The notes beneath the pieces are model-generated. The model searched no databases, was not told where the DNA came from, and saw only the letters and a program-made list of their open reading frames with translations. DNA of 64,000 bases from an uncultured Pelagibacteraceae bacterium. GTDB lineage: Bacteria > Pseudomonadota > Alphaproteobacteria > Pelagibacterales > Pelagibacteraceae. The position numbers were made by a program, and so were the translations under genes. The stretch spans positions 30,899 to 94,898 of the forward strand of contig CACIRD010000005.1 in NCBI GenBank assembly GCA_902588965.1. The letters are read 5' to 3'. This document shows, piece after piece, positions 29,842-38,467 of the stretch (positions within the stretch are counted from its first letter, which is position 1; every line of letters begins with the position of its first letter).

Positions 29842-30809
29842 TATCTTAAATATTGGTTAAAGGAATTTATTTTTCTATGGAAATTTAATTTTTGCACATA
29901 CTCTTTAGGATCTTTAATTTTAATAAGTGCACTTTTTGGGGTATTTAAATAATCATAAGCTCTTGTTAAAAGATACCTTAAAGCCGAACCTTTGCACATT
30001 GTGTTAAAATTTCTTTTTTCAATATCTTTTAATTTTCTAATACTTTCATAACCTTTAAGAAGATTTGAAGATTTTCTTAGATTTAGAATATATTTACTAC
30101 CTTTTTTTTCAAAACAAAGTGCATTTACGCAAGTGGCAAGTTCATATGATAAATAATCATTACATGAAAAATAAAAATCAATGAAACCATGAAATTTTTT
30201 TTTATGAAAAATAATGTTATCAACGAATAAATCTGAATGTATTATTCCCTTTGGTAAATTTTTTGGCCATGATTTTTTTATTTGTTTAAATTCATTTTTC
30301 ATAAAACTTTTTAAGTTCCTTGATATTTTGTCTATTTTAATACTTATTTTTGATAATAAGTTAGGCCAAGATGAAATAGATAAAGAATTTCTTCTATAAA
30401 GATTAATTTTTTTCGATGCCAAATGAAGCTTGGCTACGTTTTTACCAACCATAAAACAATCGTTATAATTTAATTCTTTTTTATCCTTACCTTCTAGGAA
30501 TGATACAATACAGGCATTCTTATTTTTAATTTTAAAAATAAATTTACCTTTTTTACTTTTAACTGGATTTGGACACTTTACTTTCAATTTAGATAATCTC
30601 GACATTAGATTCATAAAATAAGGAAGATCAGTGGAATTTACTCTCCTTTCAAAGATTGTAAGAATATATTTTCTATTTTTTATAGTTAAAAAGTAGTTGG
30701 TATTTTCAATACCTTTCTTAATACCTTTAAATTTTTTTATTTTTCCAATATTAAATTGATTTTCTATATTTAATATATCTTTATAATTAATTTTAGTGAA
30801 AACCGCCAT
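29841..30809 (-). CDS. thrB: Homoserine kinase, type II (protein-kinase fold ThrB)
   Basis: MAVFTKINYKDILNIENQFNIGKIKKFKGIKKGIENTNYFL...ILTIFERR and IHSDLFVDNIIF are typical of alphaproteobacterial ThrB. Confidence 0.85.
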   Translation of the reverse strand: MAVFTKINYKDILNIENQFNIGKIKKFKGIKKGIENTNYFLTIKNRKYILTIFERRVNSTDLPYFMNLMSRLSKLKVKCPNPVKSKKGKFIFKIKNKNACIVSFLEGKDKKELNYNDCFMVGKNVAKLHLASKKINLYRRNSLSISSWPNLLSKISIKIDKISRNLKSFMKNEFKQIKKSWPKNLPKGIIHSDLFVDNIIFHKKKFHGFIDFYFSCNDYLSYELATCVNALCFEKKGSKYILNLRKSSNLLKGYESIRKLKDIEKRNFNTMCKGSALRYLLTRAYDYLNTPKSALIKIKDPKEYVQKLNFHRKINSFNQYLR

Positions 30810-31762
30810 TAGTTTAATCTTCCAGGAATTTTAAAAGTAATATCTTCTTTTATAATTTCTACCTCTTCGATATTAACTTTAAACTGTTCTTTTAATTTTC
30901 TAATAAAATTTTCAACTAATATTTCAGGAGCTGATGCACCTGAGGATATTCCTATAGTTTTACATTTTGTAATTTTTTCCAGCGGTATGTTGCTTTCAGA
31001 GTGAATTAAAACTGCCTGAGAACATCCAGAATTATTTGCTACTTCTACTAGTCTTAATGAATTGGATGAGTTTCTACTACCAATAACAAAAAACATATCA
31101 CAAAGTTTTGCGATTTTCTTGACTGCTGCCTGCCTGTTTGTTGTTGCATAACAAATATCCTCTTTTTTTGGTTCTTTTATATTAGAAAATTTTTCTTTAA
31201 GAGTATTAATAATATCCCGAGTATCATCCACTGATAAAGTAGTTTGTGTAATATATGCTAATTTTTTATTTTCCTCGTTTTTAAATTTTTTAACATCATC
31301 AATATTTTCAATTAAATTTATTGAACCAATTGGAATTTGACCCATTGTTCCAATTACTTCAGGATGATTTTTGTGACCAATAAGCAAAACATGGTAACCA
31401 TTTTTATTTAAATTTTCAGCTTCTCTATGAACTTTTGAAACTAACGGACATGTTGCATCAATATAGTCCATTTTTAAGTTTTTTGCTTCTGCAGGAACTA
31501 CTTTTGGAACCCCATGAGCTGAAAAAATAACTGGTCTTGTTTTATCTTCTATCTCATTTAACTCTTCTACAAAAATCGCACCAATTTTCTTTAAACTTTC
31601 AACAACGTGTTTGTTATGCACTATCTCATGTCTGACATAAACTGGTGCACCATATTTCTCTATGCTTTTTTTTACTATTTCAATTGCACGATCTACACCC
31701 GCACAAAAACCTCTTGGGGCTGCTAATAAAATTTTAATTTCTTTATTTTTCATTTTTCTCAA
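30809..31762 (-). CDS. ispH: 4-hydroxy-3-methylbut-2-enyl diphosphate reductase
   Basis: PRGFCAGVDRAI, SAHGV, DATCPLV and NSSNSLRL motifs, with three Cys Fe-S ligands. Confidence 0.95.
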   Translation of the reverse strand: MRKMKNKEIKILLAAPRGFCAGVDRAIEIVKKSIEKYGAPVYVRHEIVHNKHVVESLKKIGAIFVEELNEIEDKTRPVIFSAHGVPKVVPAEAKNLKMDYIDATCPLVSKVHREAENLNKNGYHVLLIGHKNHPEVIGTMGQIPIGSINLIENIDDVKKFKNEENKKLAYITQTTLSVDDTRDIINTLKEKFSNIKEPKKEDICYATTNRQAAVKKIAKLCDMFFVIGSRNSSNSLRLVEVANNSGCSQAVLIHSESNIPLEKITKCKTIGISSGASAPEILVENFIRKLKEQFKVNIEEVEIIKEDITFKIPGRLN

Positions 31763-32717
31763 TTAAATATTCGAGCAATATATGCGGAAAAGTTAAAGAC
31801 GCCAAACCTATAAATATCACCTTTAAAATAGCATCATTTAAAACATAGTAATTTGTAAGAACATAAACACTCAATATGAATAATACTGCTGTGACCAAAG
31901 TTAAAGGTAAGGCTTTTCTTAAAAATTTTTTAATTCCATTATTAAAGTTTTTATTATCTAAAAGATAAATAAGAGAAACAGAATGTTTGAAAGAATGAAT
32001 AAAACAAAAATACACTGTAAATGCTAACAAGGGTGTTAGCACCGCATTAAGAATTACAATTGGTATAAAATCAAAACAGTGAGCTGCTTTGTAACCTCCA
32101 TCTTTAAAGTTTATATAGATAAAAACAATATAACCAGTCAATGAAATCCATCCTAAAATTTTGTGATATTCCCACATTAAATCATTTTGAAACTTTATAA
32201 GAAATAAGCTATCCGCACCAAGTAATTTGAAGATAGATAAAGTTTCTTCATTGTGAAAATAAAGAGGAGCAACTATTATTAAAAGTCCTTTTGAAAAATA
32301 AACAAAACTATTAGCTCCAATAGACTCAAAAAACTTTTCTTTCTCTAATAAAAAAGCTGTATCTTCTTTTCCAAAGTGATAACAAGCAACAAGTAAAAAA
32401 ATGCTTAATGTTATAGTTGGAAAAATTATCCATAATAAAATTACAAATAATGAAATTAAAATGTAGAACAAATAAAAGATTATAATATTTTTATAACCAA
32501 AATAATTTATTAATTTTTTCCCTTTAAAATTATCTAGTGCTCCGTGGCTAATACCGAAAGTAATAATTAGAAAAAAACATATCAAATTTGTAAAATTATT
32601 TGCTTCTACAACGTTAAATGATAAGTAAATGAATAATCCAATAACTAAACTTACTAACTGAGTTACTATTGTGTGTTTGTCTAATATTTTCATTTTATCT
32701 GAATAAAGCTTTAACAA
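31743..32717 (-). CDS. blh: Brp/Blh family beta-carotene 15,15'-dioxygenase (retinal synthesis)
   Basis: Polytopic membrane protein with four conserved His contexts (GISHGALD, CYHFGKED, FIHSFKHS, FPHILLE), directly downstream of crtIBY. An alternative ATG lies at 32693. Confidence 0.8.
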   Translation of the reverse strand: MLKLYSDKMKILDKHTIVTQLVSLVIGLFIYLSFNVVEANNFTNLICFFLIITFGISHGALDNFKGKKLINYFGYKNIIIFYLFYILISLFVILLWIIFPTITLSIFLLVACYHFGKEDTAFLLEKEKFFESIGANSFVYFSKGLLIIVAPLYFHNEETLSIFKLLGADSLFLIKFQNDLMWEYHKILGWISLTGYIVFIYINFKDGGYKAAHCFDFIPIVILNAVLTPLLAFTVYFCFIHSFKHSVSLIYLLDNKNFNNGIKKFLRKALPLTLVTAVLFILSVYVLTNYYVLNDAILKVIFIGLASLTFPHILLEYLIEKNEK

Positions 32718-33762
32718 AAATCCATTTAGGCATTTTCAAAATAATTGATAAATCCTCTAAAAAATTACTTTTGTTAGATAAAAATTTTATAACAGTCTTT
32801 GGTGAACTCTTAAACATTTTAAAGAATATATTAGGCATCATTTTAGGATTTTTATTTAGAACTCTTAAAAAAATATCATCTAAAAATTGATATTTTTTAC
32901 TTATCTCGAATCTTTTAGTCTTGGAAATGTTTTCAATATTTCTACATATGTATTTGCTATGTTCTTGAATATTTAAAAAAGTATAACCTGTGCTTAATCT
33001 GGTCATGCCTCCAGCAGTTCCAATATTTATTTTATTTTTTGTTTCTTGGTATATAGGGTAAAATAGGGGTATCGCACCTTCTTCTTTATAAGTTATTTTA
33101 TAATTTTTTAAATTTAAATGATTTTCAATGTAATCCTTTATTTGATGGTCATAATCTTTTTGAGAATCATCATTCATTTTTGATAGCCAAGTTGTTTCAA
33201 CTAAAGCCTTAGTTTTTGAGTAAGGCAAGGTATAAAAAAAATGAACATTTTCTCTTTGATCGCAGTCAAAATCCATAAGATTAAAAATTTCATCATCAAA
33301 AAAATCATTTTGAGTTTCAATTTCTACTCCACAAAAATGTTGCCAAAGGTTAAGATGATTCTTTTTAATAGATGGAACACTATTAAAAATGAAAGAATTC
33401 TTTGAATTTATTTCACTTATATCTTTAAAGAAGGAAATATTTTTATTTTCTTTTAATCTATTATTAATTTTTTCATAAAATAAACCACTATCAACACTTT
33501 GGTATGGATAACTGCCACATTCTAAATGATTAGTTTTTTTTGGTATATTAACTGTAAAATTTTTCCAAGTCTTTTTAACACAATCATCAAAATTATGGTT
33601 CGTCACCTTCCAAAAAGACCAAGTTTTATCTTTTTTATACTCAGTTCTTGGCTCTATAATAGCTAAAGTTTTATCTCTTAATTTTTGATTTATTTCAAGT
33701 TCATATGCGAGCGATAAACCCGCACAACCACCACCAATGATAATATAATCAAATTCTTTCAT
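32695..33762 (-). CDS. crtY: Lycopene beta-cyclase
   Basis: FAD motif DYIIIGGGCAGLSLA and CrtY-type length and layout, between crtB and blh. Confidence 0.85.
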   Translation of the reverse strand: MKEFDYIIIGGGCAGLSLAYELEINQKLRDKTLAIIEPRTEYKKDKTWSFWKVTNHNFDDCVKKTWKNFTVNIPKKTNHLECGSYPYQSVDSGLFYEKINNRLKENKNISFFKDISEINSKNSFIFNSVPSIKKNHLNLWQHFCGVEIETQNDFFDDEIFNLMDFDCDQRENVHFFYTLPYSKTKALVETTWLSKMNDDSQKDYDHQIKDYIENHLNLKNYKITYKEEGAIPLFYPIYQETKNKINIGTAGGMTRLSTGYTFLNIQEHSKYICRNIENISKTKRFEISKKYQFLDDIFLRVLNKNPKMMPNIFFKMFKSSPKTVIKFLSNKSNFLEDLSIILKMPKWIFVKALFR

Positions 33763-34603
33763 CTAAATTTATTTCTTCATTTATCAAATTATGATCATGC
33801 TGTATTTGATCATTGTTTTTATTACTGAATGATAGTTTTATTAAGTCAAAAATCGAAAGAAAAGTCTCTAAGATCTTTTCTATATTTGAAACATATATCT
33901 TTCCTGAATTTTGATAATTTTCTAAATTTTTTTTGTTTAAAATCTTATAACCTATTTTTCTATAAACCCTTCTAGCAACCAAAATGGAAAAACGAAAATT
34001 TATCGGTATATCTTTAATGGAATAAAATGAATTTTTATAAAAAGTATCAGCAAGATAAATAGTTGATGAAATTTCTTCAAAATTTTCATCTATATAGAAA
34101 CGATTATTTTTTGAATCTTCGATTACATCTCTTGATATATTAGTAAGTTGCATTGCAATTCCGAGGTCGATAGCTGAATTTAGTGAACTTTTTTTATTAA
34201 CTTTTAGAATTTTAGCCATCATTAATCCAACAGTTCCCGCTACTCTGTATGAGTAAATTAAAAGATCTTTTTTAGAGTTTAATTTAACTTTATCTTTAAT
34301 ATCTGATTTAATTCCAATCAATAGATCTTGAACAATTTTCAAAGATATCTTGAACTCTTCAATAAGATCCCACATATTTTTGATAACAGGATCATCAAAT
34401 TTTTTTTGATTAAAATCATTTTCAAATTGATCAAATTTTTTTTTTTTACTTTCTAATTCACCATCATCATCTGCAATGTTGTCTGCAACTCTGCAAAAAT
34501 CATACAAAGCTGAACATTTTTTAAACGTTTCTTTAGGTAAAAAATAACCTGCCCAACTGAATGACTTAGCATAAACAGATAAATAATTTTTGTTAGACAT
34601 CAT
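33749..34603 (-). CDS. crtB: Phytoene synthase
   Basis: YDFCRVADNIADD, YRVAGTVGLM and NISRDVIED (squalene/phytoene synthase signatures). Confidence 0.9.
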   Translation of the reverse strand: MMSNKNYLSVYAKSFSWAGYFLPKETFKKCSALYDFCRVADNIADDDGELESKKKKFDQFENDFNQKKFDDPVIKNMWDLIEEFKISLKIVQDLLIGIKSDIKDKVKLNSKKDLLIYSYRVAGTVGLMMAKILKVNKKSSLNSAIDLGIAMQLTNISRDVIEDSKNNRFYIDENFEEISSTIYLADTFYKNSFYSIKDIPINFRFSILVARRVYRKIGYKILNKKNLENYQNSGKIYVSNIEKILETFLSIFDLIKLSFSNKNNDQIQHDHNLINEEINLDERI

Positions 34604-36060
34604 AAAATTTTATCTAATACTTTTGCTGAAGAAAGCACTCCTGGTACACCAGCTCCTGGATGTGTACCTGCTCCTACAAAATAAAGTCCATCATATATCT
34701 CAGATTTATTGTGAAATCTAAAATAAGCAGATTGAGAAAATTTTGGCTGAATTGAAAAACCTGAACCATATTTAGTATTTAAATCTTTTTCAAAGTAATC
34801 TGGTGTTAAATAAAAATCCTCAACAATGTTATCCTTAAGATTTGGCATCAAATCTTTTTCCATTTTATCAATTACTAAATTTTTCATTTTTTCACCTTCA
34901 ATAGACCAATTAATTTTTGATTGATTATTAGGCACTGGAACCAAAACATAAAAACAATCTTGTCCCTGAGGTGCCATGGACTTATCTGTAGCAGAAGGTC
35001 TATGAAGATAATAACTTATATCATTATTTAATTTTTTATTATTAAATATATCATGAAGATGTTCTTTATATTTGTTACCAAATTTTATTGTATGATGTTC
35101 TACATTATCATATACTTTTTTGGTTCCAAAATAGTAAACGAATAATCCCATAGAATATTCCATTCTATTTTTTTTCCATTTGAATAAGAGTGATTTATTT
35201 GAGTCTTCATTTAACATTTTTTCATAAACACCTGGTGGATCTGCATTGCATATAACATTATTTGTTTCAATATTAGTTTGATTATCTAATTGAACACCTG
35301 TTATTTTATTTCTATTAGAAATAATTTTTTTTACTTCGCGACCTTTAATTATTTCTATGCTTACTTCATTCATTAATTTTTCTAGACCTTTTATTATGTT
35401 GCCTGTGCCGCCCATGGAATAATGTATTCCCCATTTTTTCTCTAAATATAAAATTAAGCCGTAAATAGAGGTTGTCGTGAAGGGGTTGCCACCAACTAAA
35501 AGTGGATGCATGCTCAAAATTCTTCTTAATTTTTCATTCTTTATATAAGATGAAACTAAAGAATAAACTGATTTATAACTTTTGAGTTTTAATAGTGCTG
35601 GTAGTTGTTGCATCATCACAAAAGGCTTATCAAAGGGTACATCCGCAAGTTCTGTAAATCCTTTGTCAAAAATTTTTTTTGTAAAACTAACCAATTTTTC
35701 ATATCCTTTTACATCTTCCTTATTTATTTTTTCAATTTGATTTTTCATTTTAATTTCATCACCTGAATAATTAAATTTTGAATTATCTTCAAAAATAAAT
35801 TGGTACCAAACATTGAGAGGGGATAATTTAATATAATCTTTCGGATTTTTTTTGAATAATTCAAATAATTCGTTAATTAAATATGGTGCAGTAATGACGG
35901 TTGGTCCACCATCATAAGTAAATCCATTCCTTTTAAAGACTCTAGCTCTTCCCCCAAGATCTGGGTGTTTTTCAATCAAAGTTACCTCATGACCTTTAGC
36001 TTTTAGGCGGAGAGCAGCGGCTATGCCACCGAATCCAGAACCTATAACAACTGATTTCAT
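34600..36060 (-). CDS. crtI: Phytoene desaturase
   Basis: VIGSGFGGIAAALRL dinucleotide fold and C-terminal VGAGTHPGAGVPGV. Confidence 0.93.
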   Translation of the reverse strand: MKSVVIGSGFGGIAAALRLKAKGHEVTLIEKHPDLGGRARVFKRNGFTYDGGPTVITAPYLINELFELFKKNPKDYIKLSPLNVWYQFIFEDNSKFNYSGDEIKMKNQIEKINKEDVKGYEKLVSFTKKIFDKGFTELADVPFDKPFVMMQQLPALLKLKSYKSVYSLVSSYIKNEKLRRILSMHPLLVGGNPFTTTSIYGLILYLEKKWGIHYSMGGTGNIIKGLEKLMNEVSIEIIKGREVKKIISNRNKITGVQLDNQTNIETNNVICNADPPGVYEKMLNEDSNKSLLFKWKKNRMEYSMGLFVYYFGTKKVYDNVEHHTIKFGNKYKEHLHDIFNNKKLNNDISYYLHRPSATDKSMAPQGQDCFYVLVPVPNNQSKINWSIEGEKMKNLVIDKMEKDLMPNLKDNIVEDFYLTPDYFEKDLNTKYGSGFSIQPKFSQSAYFRFHNKSEIYDGLYFVGAGTHPGAGVPGVLSSAKVLDKIL

Positions 36061-36113
36061 TATATATAATTTATATTATTTTTTAAAAAAGTAACGAAAT
36101 TATACTTCTTATT

Positions 36114-36611
36114 TTACGAATTGATTTTTTTTAGCAAAGATTTGGTTTGTTCTAGATCTTTTTTGAACAAATTTTCCATCTTAGACTTATCTACAGAAGT
36201 AGAGATAACTTTTTTAACAGACTCAACAGCTATTTTAACCGAGGCATTTTTTATTTCCTTGATCGCATTGTTTTTCATTTGAGTTATTTTTAGTTGTGCT
36301 AAATTTTTTTTTATTTCTGAACTTTTATGGAATTTTTCGTTCATTGTAATTATTAATTCCTCACTGTCTTTTTTAGCTTGATCTAAAATCTCTTTTGTTT
36401 CTTTTTTAGCACTTTCAAGTTTGCTTTGAGCTTTATCCAAAAGTACTTTTGAATCATTTCTTAGCTTTTCACTTTCCCCAATCTCATTTTTAATATCCAA
36501 GATCATTTTATTTAAAGCTTCATTTATTTTATGGGGAACTTTTAAGTAAACCAATCCTCCAATAAAAATAACAAATGAAACAGCTACCCAAAATGTTGCG
36601 TCAATTACCAT
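36114..36611 (-). CDS. atpF: ATP synthase F0 subunit b
   Basis: Single N-terminal TM plus a long charged helix; last gene of the F0 operon. Confidence 0.85.
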   Translation of the reverse strand: MVIDATFWVAVSFVIFIGGLVYLKVPHKINEALNKMILDIKNEIGESEKLRNDSKVLLDKAQSKLESAKKETKEILDQAKKDSEELIITMNEKFHKSSEIKKNLAQLKITQMKNNAIKEIKNASVKIAVESVKKVISTSVDKSKMENLFKKDLEQTKSLLKKINS

Positions 36612-37191
36612 AATATTTACTCATTTTTTTTTTTGATAAATCTTCTGCTATTGCAGAAATACTGCTACTATTTATTTCTTCACCAATTAAATATTTAATT
36701 AAATTGGAAGATGTCTCGATAGATATTTTATTTATTTTTTCAGGAGCATTTTTCTTTAAATCAATAATTTCTTTCTCAACATCAACTATCTCATTGTTAA
36801 TTTCTTGTTCTAGTTGCTCTCTTTTTTTATCTATATCAAATAATATTTTTTTTCTAGCTTCATTGAAAAAATTTCTAGCTTCATTTTTACTTTTAGCTAT
36901 TAAATCTTCGTACTCTTTAATTTTATCCTCGCTTTCTTTTTTTTGTTTTTCTGCCATTTCAACATTTTCTAAGATTTGAGATTTTCTTAATTCAAGGTTA
37001 TTACTTATTTTAGGTAAAATAAATTTCGACAATATTATAAATAAAGTTCCAAATGTTAAAATTAACCAGAATATCTGAGAAATCCAAAATTCTGGATTTA
37101 ATTGAGGCATACCTCCACTTTCTGCACTGTATAATTTTGAAAACAGTAAAGTGTTTAAGATTAAAGAGTAAAAAAATATTCTTTTCAACAT
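36601..37191 (-). CDS. atpF2: ATP synthase F0 subunit b'
   Basis: MPQLNPEFWISQIFWLILTFG is typical of alphaproteobacterial b', followed by a charged helix. Confidence 0.8.
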   Translation of the reverse strand: MLKRIFFYSLILNTLLFSKLYSAESGGMPQLNPEFWISQIFWLILTFGTLFIILSKFILPKISNNLELRKSQILENVEMAEKQKKESEDKIKEYEDLIAKSKNEARNFFNEARKKILFDIDKKREQLEQEINNEIVDVEKEIIDLKKNAPEKINKISIETSSNLIKYLIGEEINSSSISAIAEDLSKKKMSKYYGN

Positions 37192-37194
37192 TAA

Positions 37195-37422
37195 CTAAAA
37201 TGCAAATAAGATTATTAATGCAACAACCAAACCAAATAATCCAGTCGCCTCAGCTAAAGCAAAGCCTAAAAGCAAATTAGGAAATTGCTTTTGGGCCGCT
37301 GATGGATTTCGCATTGCACCAGATAAGTAATTACCAAAAATAATTCCTATCCCAACTCCTGCACCGGCTAGAGCAATTGCCGCTAGTCCTGCGCCTATCA
37401 TTTTTGCTGCTTCTAATTCCAT
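37195..37422 (-). CDS. atpE: ATP synthase F0 subunit c
   Basis: From the ATG (cat at 37420-37422, with GGAGGA upstream) the protein reads MELEAAKMIGAGLAAIALAGAGVGIGIIFG...ALAEATGLFGLVVALIILFAF (75 aa). The ORF-track extension to 37566 overlaps atpB. Confidence 0.93.
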   Translation of the reverse strand: MELEAAKMIGAGLAAIALAGAGVGIGIIFGNYLSGAMRNPSAAQKQFPNLLLGFALAEATGLFGLVVALIILFAF

Positions 37423-37439
37423 TATTCCTCCTTTTTTAA

Positions 37440-38174
37440 TTAATGGTGTAAATTTAATGCATCGTTTAAATAAATGCATGTTAAAATTGCAAAAACATAA
37501 GCTTGAAGAAAAGCAACTAGTATCTCCAAGCCTGTTAAAGCAACTGAAAAACTCAGTGGAAGCCAACCACCGACTATTCCGAGGCTTATAACAAAACCTC
37601 CGAAAACTTTCATCATTGTATGTCCAGCCATCATATTAGCAAATAACCTTACAGATAAACTAATTGGACGACTAAGATATGATATAATTTCTATAATAAC
37701 TATTAACGGCAACAAAACAATTGGAACTCCACTTGGAACAAATAACTTGAGATATCCTATACCATGTTTTAGAAATCCAATAATTGTTACACCCACAAAA
37801 ATAAACGACGCAAGAACAAATGTTACTATTATGTGACTTGTTACTGTAAAGGCGTACGGAAGCATTCCAAACATATTACAAAACAAAACAAACATAAAAA
37901 GTGAAAATATAAATGCAAAGTAAGGTTTTCCTTTTGAACCAGCAGTGTCATTAATCATTTTTGATATAAAAGTATAACTGAGTTCGGCAAATAGTTGGAT
38001 CTTGTTTGGTACGATATTTTTTTTTGAAGATCCTAGAGAGAAAATAAACAATATAGATATAGAACTTATAATCATAAACAAGCTTGCGTTTGTAAATGAA
38101 ATATCAATTTGATCTATTTTTATTTCAGGACCAATTCTATAAACATTGAATTGGTACATAGGGTTTGTAGCCAT
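37440..38174 (-). CDS. atpB: ATP synthase F0 subunit a
   Basis: RPISLSVRLFANMMAGH (essential Arg) in a polytopic membrane protein. Confidence 0.93.
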   Translation of the reverse strand: MATNPMYQFNVYRIGPEIKIDQIDISFTNASLFMIISSISILFIFSLGSSKKNIVPNKIQLFAELSYTFISKMINDTAGSKGKPYFAFIFSLFMFVLFCNMFGMLPYAFTVTSHIIVTFVLASFIFVGVTIIGFLKHGIGYLKLFVPSGVPIVLLPLIVIIEIISYLSRPISLSVRLFANMMAGHTMMKVFGGFVISLGIVGGWLPLSFSVALTGLEILVAFLQAYVFAILTCIYLNDALNLHH

Positions 38175-38182
38175 ATTTTAAA

Positions 38183-38458
38183 TCACTTTTGCATATTCTT
38201 CGCAGATCTTATTACATTCATTACTCCTGCAATAACTCCTACAAAAAAAAAAGTTAAAATTAACCATGGTTTAGTACCAAACCAAGTGTCAAAAATAAAC
38301 CCTATAATAGTCCCAACTACGACTGCGGCGACAAGTTCAGTGCTCATTTTAAAAGCAATACCCAATAAAGAGGATTTCTTATTATTGGTTTTTTCAATTT
38401 TTGAGGATATTTTTTTTTTTGCAATTTCTAGGCGAGTTTTGAAATTTTCATCGTCCAT
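38183..38458 (-). CDS. atpI: AtpI/AtpZ-like small membrane protein
   Basis: 91-aa two-TM protein that is the first gene of the F0 operon. Confidence 0.6.
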   Translation of the reverse strand: MDDENFKTRLEIAKKKISSKIEKTNNKKSSLLGIAFKMSTELVAAVVVGTIIGFIFDTWFGTKPWLILTFFFVGVIAGVMNVIRSAKNMQK

Positions 38459-38467
38459 CAGTTTTTT

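Noticed and set aside
36061-36113. A TATAAT-like hexamer between atpF and crtI as the promoter of the retinal operon.
   Set aside because: No convincing -35 sits at proper spacing, and the region is almost pure A/T, so hexamer matches are uninformative.
37423-37566. N-terminal extensions offered by the ORF track for atpE (to 37566), ccrM (to 45341), UDG (to 46731), mutY (from 42062), the DUF2093-like gene (from 9890), the 87-aa ORF (from 25081) and the lipoprotein (from 6583).
   Set aside because: The extensions overlap neighbouring genes, add residues foreign to the respective families, and internal ATGs give N-termini matching family norms.
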